The translations under genes and the position numbers were made by a program. A DNA stretch of 64,000 nucleotides from an uncultured euryarchaeote (lineage in GTDB: Archaea; Thermoplasmatota; Poseidoniia; Poseidoniales; Poseidoniaceae): contig CALDNA010000016.1 of NCBI GenBank assembly GCA_937915175.1, forward strand, positions 54,956 through 118,955. The letters run 5' to 3'. Below the pieces are notes generated by a model. The model made no database searches, was not told the origin of the DNA, and worked only from the letters and a program-made list of their open reading frames with translations. Every line of letters starts with the position of its first letter. The stretch's first letter is position 1. Below, in pieces: positions 38,476-47,976 of the stretch.

Positions 38476-38921
38476 CAACAAGAATCCGCAGATACGTCGA
38501 AACCGATACGGGCCATAGGGTTCCTAACCACAAGAGCAAGTGCCGACACATGCATGGCCATCGCTACAGATTTGAAGCGGAAATTGAAGGCGATGTGGTT
38601 CAGGAACGTGGAGTTTCAGATGAAGGCATGTTGATGGATTTCTCCGATGTGAGTGAAATCTTAACGCTTCATGTCCACGACATCATCGACCACGCTTTTG
38701 TTGTCTATGAGCACGATGAACAGGCACTTGCAGCGCTTGCATGCATGGAAGATGGGCACCGGACCCTGGTTGTTCCATTCATACCAACAGCAGAGAATCT
38801 AGCAAAATGGGCTTTTGAACAGGTTCAACCTCATATTGCTTCGGCGTACGGTAACCGATTGAAATTAGTGGCTATGCACGTGAGGGAAACACCGAAGAGC
38901 ACCGCTACATGGTATGCGTGA
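38472..38921 (+). CDS. queD: 6-carboxy-5,6,7,8-tetrahydropterin synthase
   Basis: C..MHGHRY, GMLMDF, IDH, PTAENLA and VRET motifs; ATGA overlap with queC-msrB. Confidence 0.92.
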   Translation: MTTRIRRYVETDTGHRVPNHKSKCRHMHGHRYRFEAEIEGDVVQERGVSDEGMLMDFSDVSEILTLHVHDIIDHAFVVYEHDEQALAALACMEDGHRTLVVPFIPTAENLAKWAFEQVQPHIASAYGNRLKLVAMHVRETPKSTATWYA

Positions 38922-38927
38922 ATCGCC

Positions 38928-39764
38928 TCATTCCTCTTCGAGACTGATCTTTCGTCTACGTTGACTTCGCCAAATTTCGTTGCCCTCAACGAATTGAATA
39001 GCCGTAGTTGCATCGAGTAAGCCGCCAATCATTCGAGTAGCCTCACCTTGAGTGGGCATTGAACGCATGATTGAACGCATCAACGATTGTTGGAAACTTT
39101 GCCTTCGCTCATCGTTCCCCGGTAACGCACCTGCAAGTTCCTTCACGGTTTGCAAGAGAACCTGCTTCAATTCAGGGTTGAGTGCACGTTCGAGCGGAAC
39201 CACATCTGGCATCCCAGCATCCTTTCCTTGTGCGTTGATCACCCGATAGCGGTGCAGTTCGTAAACGCAGGCATTCACGGCGTGTGAAAGGTTGGCAATA
39301 GGATAGCCCTCCCATGTGGGCAGCGTCACTAAATAATCGCATTTAGCTAAATCTTCTGTGGACATCCCCTTCCCTTCTTCACCAAAAACGAGGCAAACAT
39401 GACCGTTGAAATCATTGACGCGCTCGGCTAACTCCCAAGGGTAAACGAAATGTCGAAAGTTTGTTTTAGCGCCTATTTCTCTTTTCCCAGAGGTCCCAAT
39501 CACCATCGAAGCGTCCGCAGTTGCCTCTTCCAAGGTGGTGTAGGTGGTGCATAAATCGAGCACCCTACCTGCATGCTTGGCCCGATTTCGTGCTTCAATA
39601 TCGTCCGCCTGACAATTTGGTGCTACAAGGCGCAAGTTGACAAAACCGTAGTTGAGCATCGAGCGGCACACGGCACCAAGGTTGCCCGGATGGGAAACGC
39701 CAATCAAAACAATGGATAGGCTGTAGGGCGAGGTTGGCAAGGGGAGCGTTGTTCTGTCACCCAT
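38928..39764 (-). CDS. TrmJ/SpoU-family RNA 2'-O-methyltransferase
   Basis: PGNLGAVCRSM.N.G, LVFGEEGKG and Y..ANLSHAV motifs. Confidence 0.85.
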   Translation of the reverse strand: MGDRTTLPLPTSPYSLSIVLIGVSHPGNLGAVCRSMLNYGFVNLRLVAPNCQADDIEARNRAKHAGRVLDLCTTYTTLEEATADASMVIGTSGKREIGAKTNFRHFVYPWELAERVNDFNGHVCLVFGEEGKGMSTEDLAKCDYLVTLPTWEGYPIANLSHAVNACVYELHRYRVINAQGKDAGMPDVVPLERALNPELKQVLLQTVKELAGALPGNDERRQSFQQSLMRSIMRSMPTQGEATRMIGGLLDATTAIQFVEGNEIWRSQRRRKISLEEE

Positions 39765-39769
39765 TCCTT

Positions 39770-40018
39770 TCACTCCTCTTCGAGAACGGAGTCGGTATCA
39801 AACGATGCAATCCATCTTGGATCGCATGCTTGATAGAGAAAGAAAAGGTACCCAGGACCTTCTTCCCTGTCTTCCATGACAATTGAACGGCGTCGGACAC
39901 CATGCTTGTTGCGTAGATGAAGGATGAGACCTTCGAGGACAGCCTTGCGGTCGTGGTGAATCGAAACGGGGGTGCGGTCCCAGTTGACCCGCAGTGCCAT
40001 GTGTATGCCCCTGCTCAA
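39770..40018 (-). CDS. Small hypothetical protein in the ribosomal-protein operon
   Basis: 82-aa ORF lying between rps17e (4-bp overlap) and the methyltransferase. Confidence 0.65.
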   Translation of the reverse strand: MSRGIHMALRVNWDRTPVSIHHDRKAVLEGLILHLRNKHGVRRRSIVMEDREEGPGYLFFLYQACDPRWIASFDTDSVLEEE

Positions 40019-40206
40019 TCGACTCGGCGTTGTCGGTATGTGGTCACGTAGCCAGCGATCCAGTTGCGGAGTTTCTTAGACTCCACATCGGTGAGTTGTT
40101 GGACCATTTTCTTGTTGTGGTCGAAGTCGTCGGTGAATTTCTCGCCGTGATCTTCAACAAGGTGGATGGCTCGAATTTTGATAAAACTTGGTCGAATATT
40201 TCCCAT
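40015..40206 (-). CDS. rps17e: 30S ribosomal protein S17e
   Basis: MGNIRP, F..DF..NK and SKKLRN.IAGYVT motifs. Confidence 0.95.
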   Translation of the reverse strand: MGNIRPSFIKIRAIHLVEDHGEKFTDDFDHNKKMVQQLTDVESKKLRNWIAGYVTTYRQRRVD

Positions 40207-40212
40207 AATTAA

Positions 40213-40488
40213 TCACTCCGTGGATAGTTTGACTTCGATTGGAATATCAGGTTCATCGTGACGAGTCACGTGAAGCTTGATTTTGCGAGGTGGGTTTTCA
40301 ATTCCACGAGCCCAGATGTGCTCGTTGACCGATGGGTCAATCCAGACTTCTTCGTCTTCTCGCACTTTGAGGTGCTGAATGACGTGTTCTCGGATGATTT
40401 GAATTGCACGTGGAGCGCGCTTGTATCGGGTGATGGCCCATGCCTTTCGGAGTGGGACAATTAGCTCTGATTCATTTGGTCGTACCAT
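40213..40488 (-). CDS. rpl31e: 50S ribosomal protein L31e
   Basis: VPLR, KRAPRA and IDPSVNEHIWARGIENPP motifs. Confidence 0.95.
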   Translation of the reverse strand: MVRPNESELIVPLRKAWAITRYKRAPRAIQIIREHVIQHLKVREDEEVWIDPSVNEHIWARGIENPPRKIKLHVTRHDEPDIPIEVKLSTE

Positions 40489-40499
40489 ACATATTCACC

Positions 40500-40655
40500 T
40501 CAGCGTTGGAGCTTACTACGGCGCCAGTGGTGTCGCTTTGGGTGCGACACAGTGTTTCGGTCGGTCTTTAGCATGACCCAAACTGGGACACGCCGATTCT
40601 GCTTGCCCACCTTCATCAGGCGGATTTTTTTTGCGGCTGGTTTATTTCTAGACAT
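40500..40655 (-). CDS. rpl39e: 50S ribosomal protein L39e
   Basis: Not in the ORF track: [51 protein letters not shown]. Confidence 0.95.
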   Translation of the reverse strand: MSRNKPAAKKIRLMKVGKQNRRVPVWVMLKTDRNTVSHPKRHHWRRSKLQR

Positions 40656-40669
40656 ATTCGAGCACCCTT

Positions 40670-41029
40670 TCAGATTCTTCGGATGGACGCACTACGGCGG
40701 CTCTTCGAGTGGGAAGCGAGCAACTGCTTGAGTTGCTCGTCAGACATTGGGGCGGTGAATTTGCCCTGTTGATGGAGTTGGAGGATGGATTGTTTGATCG
40801 ATGCTGCCCGAGCGGGGGTGGCGAGTGCAAGTGTTGCAATTCGGGCACGTGCATCGTTGGTGAGGAGTGTTCGCATAGCGCCGTCAACTTGCGCTGCTTC
40901 AACCTGCGCTTGTTGTGCTTTGACTTCTGCATCGGCCTGTTGGGATGCTTGGGCTTCGAACTGTTGTTGGAGGGCTGCGCGGCGTTGCTCGCGAATCATG
41001 TTGAGTTCGTCATCTTGAGACGTCGACAT
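40670..41029 (-). CDS. PDCD5/TFAR19-like DNA-binding protein
   Basis: DDEL..IR, L..DARAR, I.DE.LK.LL-like and IRRI motifs; conserved position between rps19e and rpl39e. Confidence 0.85.
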   Translation of the reverse strand: MSTSQDDELNMIREQRRAALQQQFEAQASQQADAEVKAQQAQVEAAQVDGAMRTLLTNDARARIATLALATPARAASIKQSILQLHQQGKFTAPMSDEQLKQLLASHSKSRRSASIRRI

Positions 41030-41054
41030 GCTGGCCACCCTCTTCACTTCCTCT

Positions 41055-41546
41055 TCAGTACTTTGACAGTCCTGGGTAATGTTCGTCTGCGTCGGCTCGG
41101 CAAGAATGAGCGACAGCGTCAATCATTTTGTGGCCGGCTGCTGTGATGCGTCGACCTGAGTAGAGTTGTTGTGGGCCTTCTTCAGTCTCGACGGTTCGTG
41201 TAGGAACTTTTTCAACGAGTCCGGAGGCTTCGAGTTGTTGGAGTGCGGTTCGGATGATGTGGCGTGATGCGACACCTGGTGTGTTAGGTGCTGCGCCGTT
41301 GTCTTTGCGTCCACCGTAGGCTTGAGACAGGTGGGTCACACCCATTGGTCCCTCTCGTGCTAGCTTGCGCATGAGTGCAGCAGATCGAAGGAACCACCAG
41401 TTTTCTTGGCTTGGGGGGCGTTCTCGTGAGACTCCAGTTTTTACGAATTCTGCCCATTCTGGGATTTCCACGGCCTTTTCTTCAGCCAATCGCGCAGCGA
41501 GTGCGGGGTTCAACATTTCTGCGGGAATATCATAGAGAGTCGTCAA
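41055..41546 (-). CDS. rps19e: 30S ribosomal protein S19e
   Basis: PEWAEFVKTG, WWFLRSAA, IIRTALQQLE and GRRIT motifs; TTG start. Confidence 0.95.
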   Translation of the reverse strand: MTTLYDIPAEMLNPALAARLAEEKAVEIPEWAEFVKTGVSRERPPSQENWWFLRSAALMRKLAREGPMGVTHLSQAYGGRKDNGAAPNTPGVASRHIIRTALQQLEASGLVEKVPTRTVETEEGPQQLYSGRRITAAGHKMIDAVAHSCRADADEHYPGLSKY

Positions 41547-41695
41547 GACAAAACACCAAGCAATTTGCCGACCTTACGCCCCTATATGAAGAGAGCGGGT
41601 CACCAGCACCTCCTGAACTCTCGCTGTGTCCTCTTTACACAGGGGGTTCTATCCTCAGACAAGGGTTGATGAAGGGCCCTGTCTTCCAAGGCTTG

Positions 41696-42526
41696 ATGAG
41701 GAAGGCATTAGCCCAAAACCCGAACCTTTTGCGGACGCTGTTAGGTCTTTCTTTCACCCTTATATTTATGCTGTCATACGCCGTTTACGGCGCAACGGTA
41801 TCGCCCTCCTATTACCTCTATGATACAGATTCAACCCTCACCACCCATGAAAATATTGATCCAGTTCGCATCTATCAAGAAGACACGAACACGACGACTT
41901 GGACGTGGTCAGTGCCAGCCGACGGAGCGAACTTGACTTGGGTTAATCTCACTGCGGTTGAACTGTCGAACGGAGCCGAAGTGCGGTTGATCAACGGAGC
42001 TGGTTTATTCAGCCACCAGAAATTAGGCGTTGACGGAGCAGATGGGTTCAGTTGCCGAGACTCCTGTCAGAAAAACACAACACATTCCATCATCGTGGAG
42101 GAAGGTGGGGAAATATCGATTATCGCTCTGACGAGCACAGATCCCGCTCGACGCTCAAACGGAACCGTATACGCCCAAACTGAATCGGGAGCCAAAGAGA
42201 AGGCCCTTGATGCAATCGAATACGAACACTCACCGTCGCTCATCAGGGTTGAAATCATCGAAAAGGGCAACAGATCAACAGCCCCTGCCATGACCATCAC
42301 CACGGTGAATGAAGCGTTTGCATCGATTGGACCGTTTTCAGTGGATGCAGCAACCGAATTTTTGTGGGCTTTAGCGGCGGTAGTCGGTTGTTTTGCTATG
42401 GTGTTAATCCCTTCATTCACAGTATATTTTGCTGCCAACGCTAAAGAAAAGCGCGACGCAGTCAAACTGGCAGCATCGGAACAGGACATCAACGAAGCCT
42501 TAGGGACCCAAAACGAAGACGAGTGA
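41696..42526 (+). CDS. Membrane protein with extracellular domain
   Basis: N- and C-terminal TM helices flanking a beta-rich Thr/Ser-rich region. The upstream ORF extension overlaps rps19e and is discounted. Confidence 0.7.
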   Translation: MRKALAQNPNLLRTLLGLSFTLIFMLSYAVYGATVSPSYYLYDTDSTLTTHENIDPVRIYQEDTNTTTWTWSVPADGANLTWVNLTAVELSNGAEVRLINGAGLFSHQKLGVDGADGFSCRDSCQKNTTHSIIVEEGGEISIIALTSTDPARRSNGTVYAQTESGAKEKALDAIEYEHSPSLIRVEIIEKGNRSTAPAMTITTVNEAFASIGPFSVDAATEFLWALAAVVGCFAMVLIPSFTVYFAANAKEKRDAVKLAASEQDINEALGTQNEDE

Positions 42527-42576
42527 AGCCGCCACTTTCCTCATATATGTTGAAGCGTTGTACTCGCACGAGCGCC

Positions 42577-45500
42577 ATGATTCGTACGCCCGCAATTTTG
42601 TTGGTTGTCCTTTTCTTACTGGCTTCTGCCGCCCCAATGGCGGACCTAACAGATGCAGAAACCGACGTTTCAATGTCGGTTGCAAAAGCGACTGGTGTCG
42701 ATGTTACAGTGTCGAATGTTTCTTTTTCATACACAACCGCAGGGGATGAAGAGCGATACAGAATGTTCTCATCAAACCATCCGATTCCCGCATTCAATCG
42801 TCCTGCAGAACTCTATGTCGTGGACGCCGTTGTCGATGTCCCAATCTATGCTGAAGTTACAGTGGATAATATTGGAACCAGTGCATCAGGTAACATTGAT
42901 GTTGAACTCAAGGTATTCCATAACGAATATCAGCAATTTGAAATGATCAATACCACGAAGCAGATGCCTTCCCTTACGGGAGGGAGTTCGAACACCCTCG
43001 GATTTACGTTTACCCCAACGTATTCGGGAAACCATTCCCTCCAAGTTGTTGCTGCATCAACAATCGCTGACGACAACCCTGCCAACGACGACAGGAACCG
43101 GCATTTCACGGTAGCCTCACATTACTTCAATTGTGAAGTTCTTTCGGGCTGGACAATCACGAATGAATGGGGAATAAACTCTGAGACCTCCCTCTCACAA
43201 GGGACTGCCTGCCATGTCGGAAATGGAGCCTCATCCTCTTACACTGCATCGACAACCAGTGTCTTGGAAACCCCAGCTTTTGACATGTCGGATGCTGTGT
43301 CCAACCCCCTTAGAACGAACGGATTGAGTTTCTTCTACACGGGCAGTTCGCAACCAGGTGATGAATTGAAGGTTTATGTCCAAGATAACGCTGGAACAAA
43401 CACCCAACTGGGAGGCATTACTGGAACCGTCGATGAAGCCTTCATTGACGGAGTGAGTTGGCAAACATTTTCGGTCAACAGCCAGGGCATCACTTCGCCA
43501 CTTATTCCCGCCCCTCAAAGCGCTTTTACTTCTTCAACAAAATTCCGTTTTGTATTCACAACTGATGCTGTAACCAATGACATCGGATTTTGGATGGATG
43601 ACATCGTCATTATGTATGATCAAAAAGTCAAGCCAATCGAGTATGCCATTTCCTCCGCAGGAATCTCCACCATTGGATCCCTCCCTGATGAATGGGGGAG
43701 TGTTCAGGTGAGTTTGACAAATGAAGGGAACATCTCAGATTATGTGTTGCCGACCATTGAAGGCTTACCTGATGGCTGGGAAGTGTATTTTGCACACCTC
43801 ACTGGCGTTTCTATCAACGAGCAAACAGGAGTGTTATTGTCACCCGGTGAAACGAAGGCAATTGAAGTAAAAATCAGGCCCGACGTCAACGCCACAACTG
43901 GATTCGAGCAAATGACCTTCATCGGGACCTCCAGCCAATATGAATCAATTAACACTACACTCCCTGTCCAATTCCAAGTTCTTCCAGACAGAGAGCCGTT
44001 CATCGTACAGCCAGAAGTTCGACCAACATGCCCCCCTGGCTACAGTTGCCCGTTCACGGTTGAAGTGCAAAACATTGGGGATGCAACTGACGTGTTTGAT
44101 TTATCCATCGAACAGGGTGCTTTGCCAGAGGGATGGAGCGTGCAATTGGCATGGACTCAATCCACCTCAATTATGGTTCGACCAGACACCCCCGTGCAGG
44201 TCGCAATGACAATGACGATTCCATCCACTGCTGCGCCGGATACAGTGGCCCCATTCACGCTCATAGCCCAATCACAAAACAACACAGCTAAGCAACATCA
44301 AGCGGACATTAGTGTGTCAGCATCGATGATCAGTGAAGCGTACATTGGGATGACGACAACCCAAATGATGCGCGATTGGTTGGTTGATGCCGGTGAAACA
44401 AAAACTGTCGAATTCACCATCTGGAACAATGCGACGCGTCAAGATATTTTTTCGATGGAAGTGACTCACGAAGCAGTTGGTTTGTGGACCATCGAACAGC
44501 CAACTCGCCCAGACGCGGTGATAAATCCAGGCGCAAGCACCACCTTCACTGTGAAAGTAACTGCACCCGAAACAGGGCAAGCAGGTGACAAAGCACCCTC
44601 ACTTACGCCAACCATCACCTCGAAACGCAGTGGCATGTCCATCAGCGGTGAGATGTTTGACAACATCGTGGTCCGGACCATCAGCGACCTCACAATCACC
44701 CTGTTAGAAACGCCCGACAAATTAAGGCCGGGTACGGCCAATAAGGTCCTCATCGAAATCGTCAATCAAGGCAATGGACCGATCGATGCCATCGTAACAG
44801 CAGATGGACTGCCTGCAGCGTGGGATGCATGGATGAAAGTCAATGGCGATATTGTATCAGAGTCCATTGCCCTCTCTGCACCGTACGATTTGGACAACAA
44901 CGCAACTGTCGAGATGTGGATCGTTGTTCCGAGCGAAGAGGCGGCAAGTGAGATTCATACAATCACCATCATGGTTTCAAACGCCTTAGGATTGGAAGAC
45001 GTTCAAATTGAAGACAACAGCGTCACCTTCGATACCATCACGGCATCTGTACGCATTCCAGACCTCGTAGGTTCAAGTCAATCTCAATCCGCAATGGTTG
45101 GCGACACAGTGAGCGTCAACGCCACCTTACGAAACATCGGAAACGCTGCGGATGATGGAATCATTGTCCTTGCATCCTTTTCGAGTTCACCGCCCGAGGA
45201 AAACATTGTTGCATTCTTCACGACGAGCAAAGGTGGGTCTTCCAAATCTGTTGGTGAGGCTGTGACGATGATGCTTCTGCCCAACCAATCAACAACATTG
45301 ACAGTGGACCTGATTCTGCCGAACACAATGATTCTTAACACTCGAATTGTCGTTTCGTTTGAAGTCATTGCGGGACTGAACGCCGAAATGCAGCCTTATG
45401 AATTGAGGCATGAAGCATTAATCATCGTGGACCAACAACGCCAAATTGGAGCATCACTGAGCAGGGGGACCGATGAAGTATACCCTACTGGGACTGGTGT

Positions 45501-46140
45501 TCCGTTGTTTGTGAACATCACCAGTACCTCAAGCCAGCGCGAGGATCTTAGGTTACGAACAACGTTGCCCGAATCTTGGCAAATGGTGTGCAATGGCATC
45601 CTCGTGGATAAAGAAGGTCAAAATCTAACTTTTGAACCGGGCCACGTGGCTCCACAGTTATCCGATGTTCCATGCACCCTTCACCGTCTTGGCGGCCCGT
45701 TAGGGGGTATCGTAACATTTCAACTCGAGACAGAGGATGGTGCCCGTACATGGCAAACCAGCCAAGCGTATTCCTTCTCTGAACGCCCAACCGACCAAGC
45801 CTCGATGAATGTAGGTGCGATTGCTGGAGGTGGAGGTGCCCTTGTTGCATTTGTATTCCTGATGAGTGTCCTGCTTCGGGGTCGAAGCAAAGAAGAAGAA
45901 TTTGAAGAGGAAGTCAAAATTGTACCGCAGGAGTTCCAGCATAGTGGGCCGCCTGTCTCAACTGGGCCACCGATCTCAGCACCTCAAAGTTCCACACCTG
46001 CAGCACAAACTACAGAAGCACCAGCGGCTGCATCCAATGGTCCAGAAGTTCCACTCACCGGTTTACCATCCGGTTGGACGATGGAACAGTGGGCTCATTA
46101 TGGTCAACAATACCTTGACCGACTTGAAGGACAAGCATGA
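42577..46140 (+). CDS. Large secreted, membrane-anchored Ig-like repeat (CARDB/NEW3-type) surface protein
   Basis: Signal peptide, repeated 'V.N.G...D' and 'LP.GW' Ig-like modules, C-terminal TM helix, Pro-rich tail ending GLPSGWTMEQWAHYG. Confidence 0.8.
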   Translation: MIRTPAILLVVLFLLASAAPMADLTDAETDVSMSVAKATGVDVTVSNVSFSYTTAGDEERYRMFSSNHPIPAFNRPAELYVVDAVVDVPIYAEVTVDNIGTSASGNIDVELKVFHNEYQQFEMINTTKQMPSLTGGSSNTLGFTFTPTYSGNHSLQVVAASTIADDNPANDDRNRHFTVASHYFNCEVLSGWTITNEWGINSETSLSQGTACHVGNGASSSYTASTTSVLETPAFDMSDAVSNPLRTNGLSFFYTGSSQPGDELKVYVQDNAGTNTQLGGITGTVDEAFIDGVSWQTFSVNSQGITSPLIPAPQSAFTSSTKFRFVFTTDAVTNDIGFWMDDIVIMYDQKVKPIEYAISSAGISTIGSLPDEWGSVQVSLTNEGNISDYVLPTIEGLPDGWEVYFAHLTGVSINEQTGVLLSPGETKAIEVKIRPDVNATTGFEQMTFIGTSSQYESINTTLPVQFQVLPDREPFIVQPEVRPTCPPGYSCPFTVEVQNIGDATDVFDLSIEQGALPEGWSVQLAWTQSTSIMVRPDTPVQVAMTMTIPSTAAPDTVAPFTLIAQSQNNTAKQHQADISVSASMISEAYIGMTTTQMMRDWLVDAGETKTVEFTIWNNATRQDIFSMEVTHEAVGLWTIEQPTRPDAVINPGASTTFTVKVTAPETGQAGDKAPSLTPTITSKRSGMSISGEMFDNIVVRTISDLTITLLETPDKLRPGTANKVLIEIVNQGNGPIDAIVTADGLPAAWDAWMKVNGDIVSESIALSAPYDLDNNATVEMWIVVPSEEAASEIHTITIMVSNALGLEDVQIEDNSVTFDTITASVRIPDLVGSSQSQSAMVGDTVSVNATLRNIGNAADDGIIVLASFSSSPPEENIVAFFTTSKGGSSKSVGEAVTMMLLPNQSTTLTVDLILPNTMILNTRIVVSFEVIAGLNAEMQPYELRHEALIIVDQQRQIGASLSRGTDEVYPTGTGVPLFVNITSTSSQREDLRLRTTLPESWQMVCNGILVDKEGQNLTFEPGHVAPQLSDVPCTLHRLGGPLGGIVTFQLETEDGARTWQTSQAYSFSERPTDQASMNVGAIAGGGGALVAFVFLMSVLLRGRSKEEEFEEEVKIVPQEFQHSGPPVSTGPPISAPQSSTPAAQTTEAPAAASNGPEVPLTGLPSGWTMEQWAHYGQQYLDRLEGQA

Positions 46141-46165
46141 TACATCAGCGCTAAGAGCGAAAGCC

Positions 46166-46339
46166 ATGGCCACATATCCTGCCCCGTGGTATGGCTTGTG
46201 GGTCTTGGTTATGTTTTTCGGCGTAGCCACGTGGTTTTTGAGAAACTTCACCGAACGGGTTGAAGCAACTCGCCTTTCTGCTTTGTTAGGTGTAGTTTCC
46301 ATGACAACCCTTCTTTTGTGGACTCTTTTGGAATTTTGA
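46166..46339 (+). CDS. Small two-TM membrane protein
   Basis: 57 aa from ATG 46166 (MATYPAPWYGLW...), two hydrophobic helices. Confidence 0.6.
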   Translation: MATYPAPWYGLWVLVMFFGVATWFLRNFTERVEATRLSALLGVVSMTTLLLWTLLEF

Positions 46340-46345
46340 GGTGCG

Positions 46346-46897
46346 ATGATGGACATAGTTGATGTGAGCAAACATGCCTATGCTGGCACTTATCCTTGCC
46401 GAGTTCCAGTCTGGTGGGGCCGCTACGGTGAGGCTGGACCACATCCCGACCTCGATGGCGTAAGTGGTCGCCGAATTGTCTTGAGGATTGAAAAAAGATT
46501 TAACCGCTTTGAACGAATTTTAGCGCGCTTGTTCCGAGCACCGAGGGAAGTACGCAGGCCCCTTGATCCAAAAAACAGCATGCTCTGGGAATTAGCCAAT
46601 GGCATGCGTACATTCGAAGAAATATGCATCCAAATGAACGAGGTATTCCAAGAAGATATGGCACCTGTTGTCGATCGCACAGCTTCAGGGATTGACGCAC
46701 TTAAACGTAGAAACTTAATGACGGTTCTTTCCACTAAATTCTCAAAAAAATGGTCCACAGGACCAGGTGTCGTTCCAGAACATCAAACATTAGCGCCGCT
46801 CGGTGAGGGTATGAAAATCGACGCAGACCCACTTGACGGAGAACAAAACGTCAGAGAAGTGGAAGGAGCAACTCAACCGGCCGCCCAACACAACTGA
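46346..46897 (+). CDS. PqqD-like (winged-helix/RRE) domain protein
   Basis: LD..NS.LW.L.NG.RT.EEI pattern; GAGGTG Shine-Dalgarno. Confidence 0.6.
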   Translation: MMDIVDVSKHAYAGTYPCRVPVWWGRYGEAGPHPDLDGVSGRRIVLRIEKRFNRFERILARLFRAPREVRRPLDPKNSMLWELANGMRTFEEICIQMNEVFQEDMAPVVDRTASGIDALKRRNLMTVLSTKFSKKWSTGPGVVPEHQTLAPLGEGMKIDADPLDGEQNVREVEGATQPAAQHN

Positions 46898-47198
46898 TCG
46901 TTCCTGTATCCAATAAGGGACGCTCCATGAGATGGCCGTTTTCTGCTAAAAAAGCAACAACTGAATCCAGTTTGGAGGGTTCCAAAGAAGAGGAATCAGC
47001 AGATTTGAATTTCGGATCTTTTAGACGAATAGCATTGTGGAGTGGACCTTGAAGACGCGACAAAACCGAACGGATTTCCGTAGTGGTAAGAGGTGTGTTG
47101 AGGTAAAGATGAACTCGTACATTCATCGATGATGCTTCGCACATTGCGAGCGCTTGACGCGATTTTGAACATCGTGGGTTATGATAAAGGGTGATCAT
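46851..47198 (-). CDS. ArsC/Spx-family (glutaredoxin-type arsenate reductase-like) protein
   Basis: LYHNPRCSKSR, LMERP and GRP motifs. Confidence 0.85.
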   Translation of the reverse strand: MITLYHNPRCSKSRQALAMCEASSMNVRVHLYLNTPLTTTEIRSVLSRLQGPLHNAIRLKDPKFKSADSSSLEPSKLDSVVAFLAENGHLMERPLLDTGTISCVGRPVELLLPLL

Positions 47199-47971
47199 TG
47201 GTCCACATCCGTATTTTTTGCACCTTCTGCAGCCGGTGACCAAACCAATCGTAAACCAATGCCGTCGCCTCGATGGTCCCTCAAGGCGGAAGCACGCGCA
47301 CGGCTTCGGGTGCTGTCTGATTCTGTAAACCATGAACCGCCTCTGTGGACTTTGCGTGTGGTCAAAGAGGAAATGTGAGCGTGTTGTGTACCGGAATGTT
47401 GCTTGTAGTTGGGTGCATAATCATCTTGACACCATTCTCCTGTTTGGCCGTGGAGGTCCAAGAAACCCCATGGATTAGCCTTTTTTTGACCAACTTCACG
47501 AGTGGTTGCCCCTGCGTTTCCTGCGTGCCAGCCATAATCATTCAATTCTGAATCGCGGTCTCCGAAGCTCCAACGAGAGTCTGTGTTGGCGCGAGCGGCG
47601 TATTCCCATTCTGCTTCCGATGGTAGGCGCCAAGTCCCTGTCAATCCTAAACGCACAGTGTTTTGTTCTGCTTCATTCATTTTTGAAATGAAGATTTGAG
47701 CATCATCCCATGAAATCATTTCCACAGGCCTCAGACCTGCGGCCCAACCCTCCTGAAATTTCGATGGATTGAGACCCATGATGGATTGCCAGTGGGCTTG
47801 AGTAACGGGGCGTTCTCCGAGGAAAAAAGGATCGAGGATTTCAGTTTCAATGGCTGGCCGTTCGGTCTTAGAGCCACGTTCATCTGCGTCACCCATCAGA
47901 AAGCGACCCGGTTCAACCAAAATGTACCGTCCGCCGTAGAGGCCATCGAATGCAGGGCGTGTGGAAGACAT
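47195..47971 (-). CDS. FGE-sulfatase (SUMF1) domain protein
   Basis: F.MG, PVT, PVE.ISW.DA, RLPSEAEWEYAAR, N.WG..D..G, EWC and RGGSW motifs. Confidence 0.88.
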   Translation of the reverse strand: MSSTRPAFDGLYGGRYILVEPGRFLMGDADERGSKTERPAIETEILDPFFLGERPVTQAHWQSIMGLNPSKFQEGWAAGLRPVEMISWDDAQIFISKMNEAEQNTVRLGLTGTWRLPSEAEWEYAARANTDSRWSFGDRDSELNDYGWHAGNAGATTREVGQKKANPWGFLDLHGQTGEWCQDDYAPNYKQHSGTQHAHISSLTTRKVHRGGSWFTESDSTRSRARASALRDHRGDGIGLRLVWSPAAEGAKNTDVDQ

Positions 47972-47976
47972 GCGCC

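Noticed and set aside
36080..38921. que cluster as a dpd DNA-modification or QueC-type (QatC-like) defence island
   Set aside because: No dpdA/tgt-like gene, helicase, nuclease, TatD or ATPase partner is nearby, and the flanks are housekeeping genes.
41590..41700. Possible small structured or C/D-box RNA (hairpin CTGTGT...ACACAG, two TGATGA boxes)
   Set aside because: The stems are short, there is no properly placed CTGA D box, and the region is explained by divergent promoters and the next start codon.
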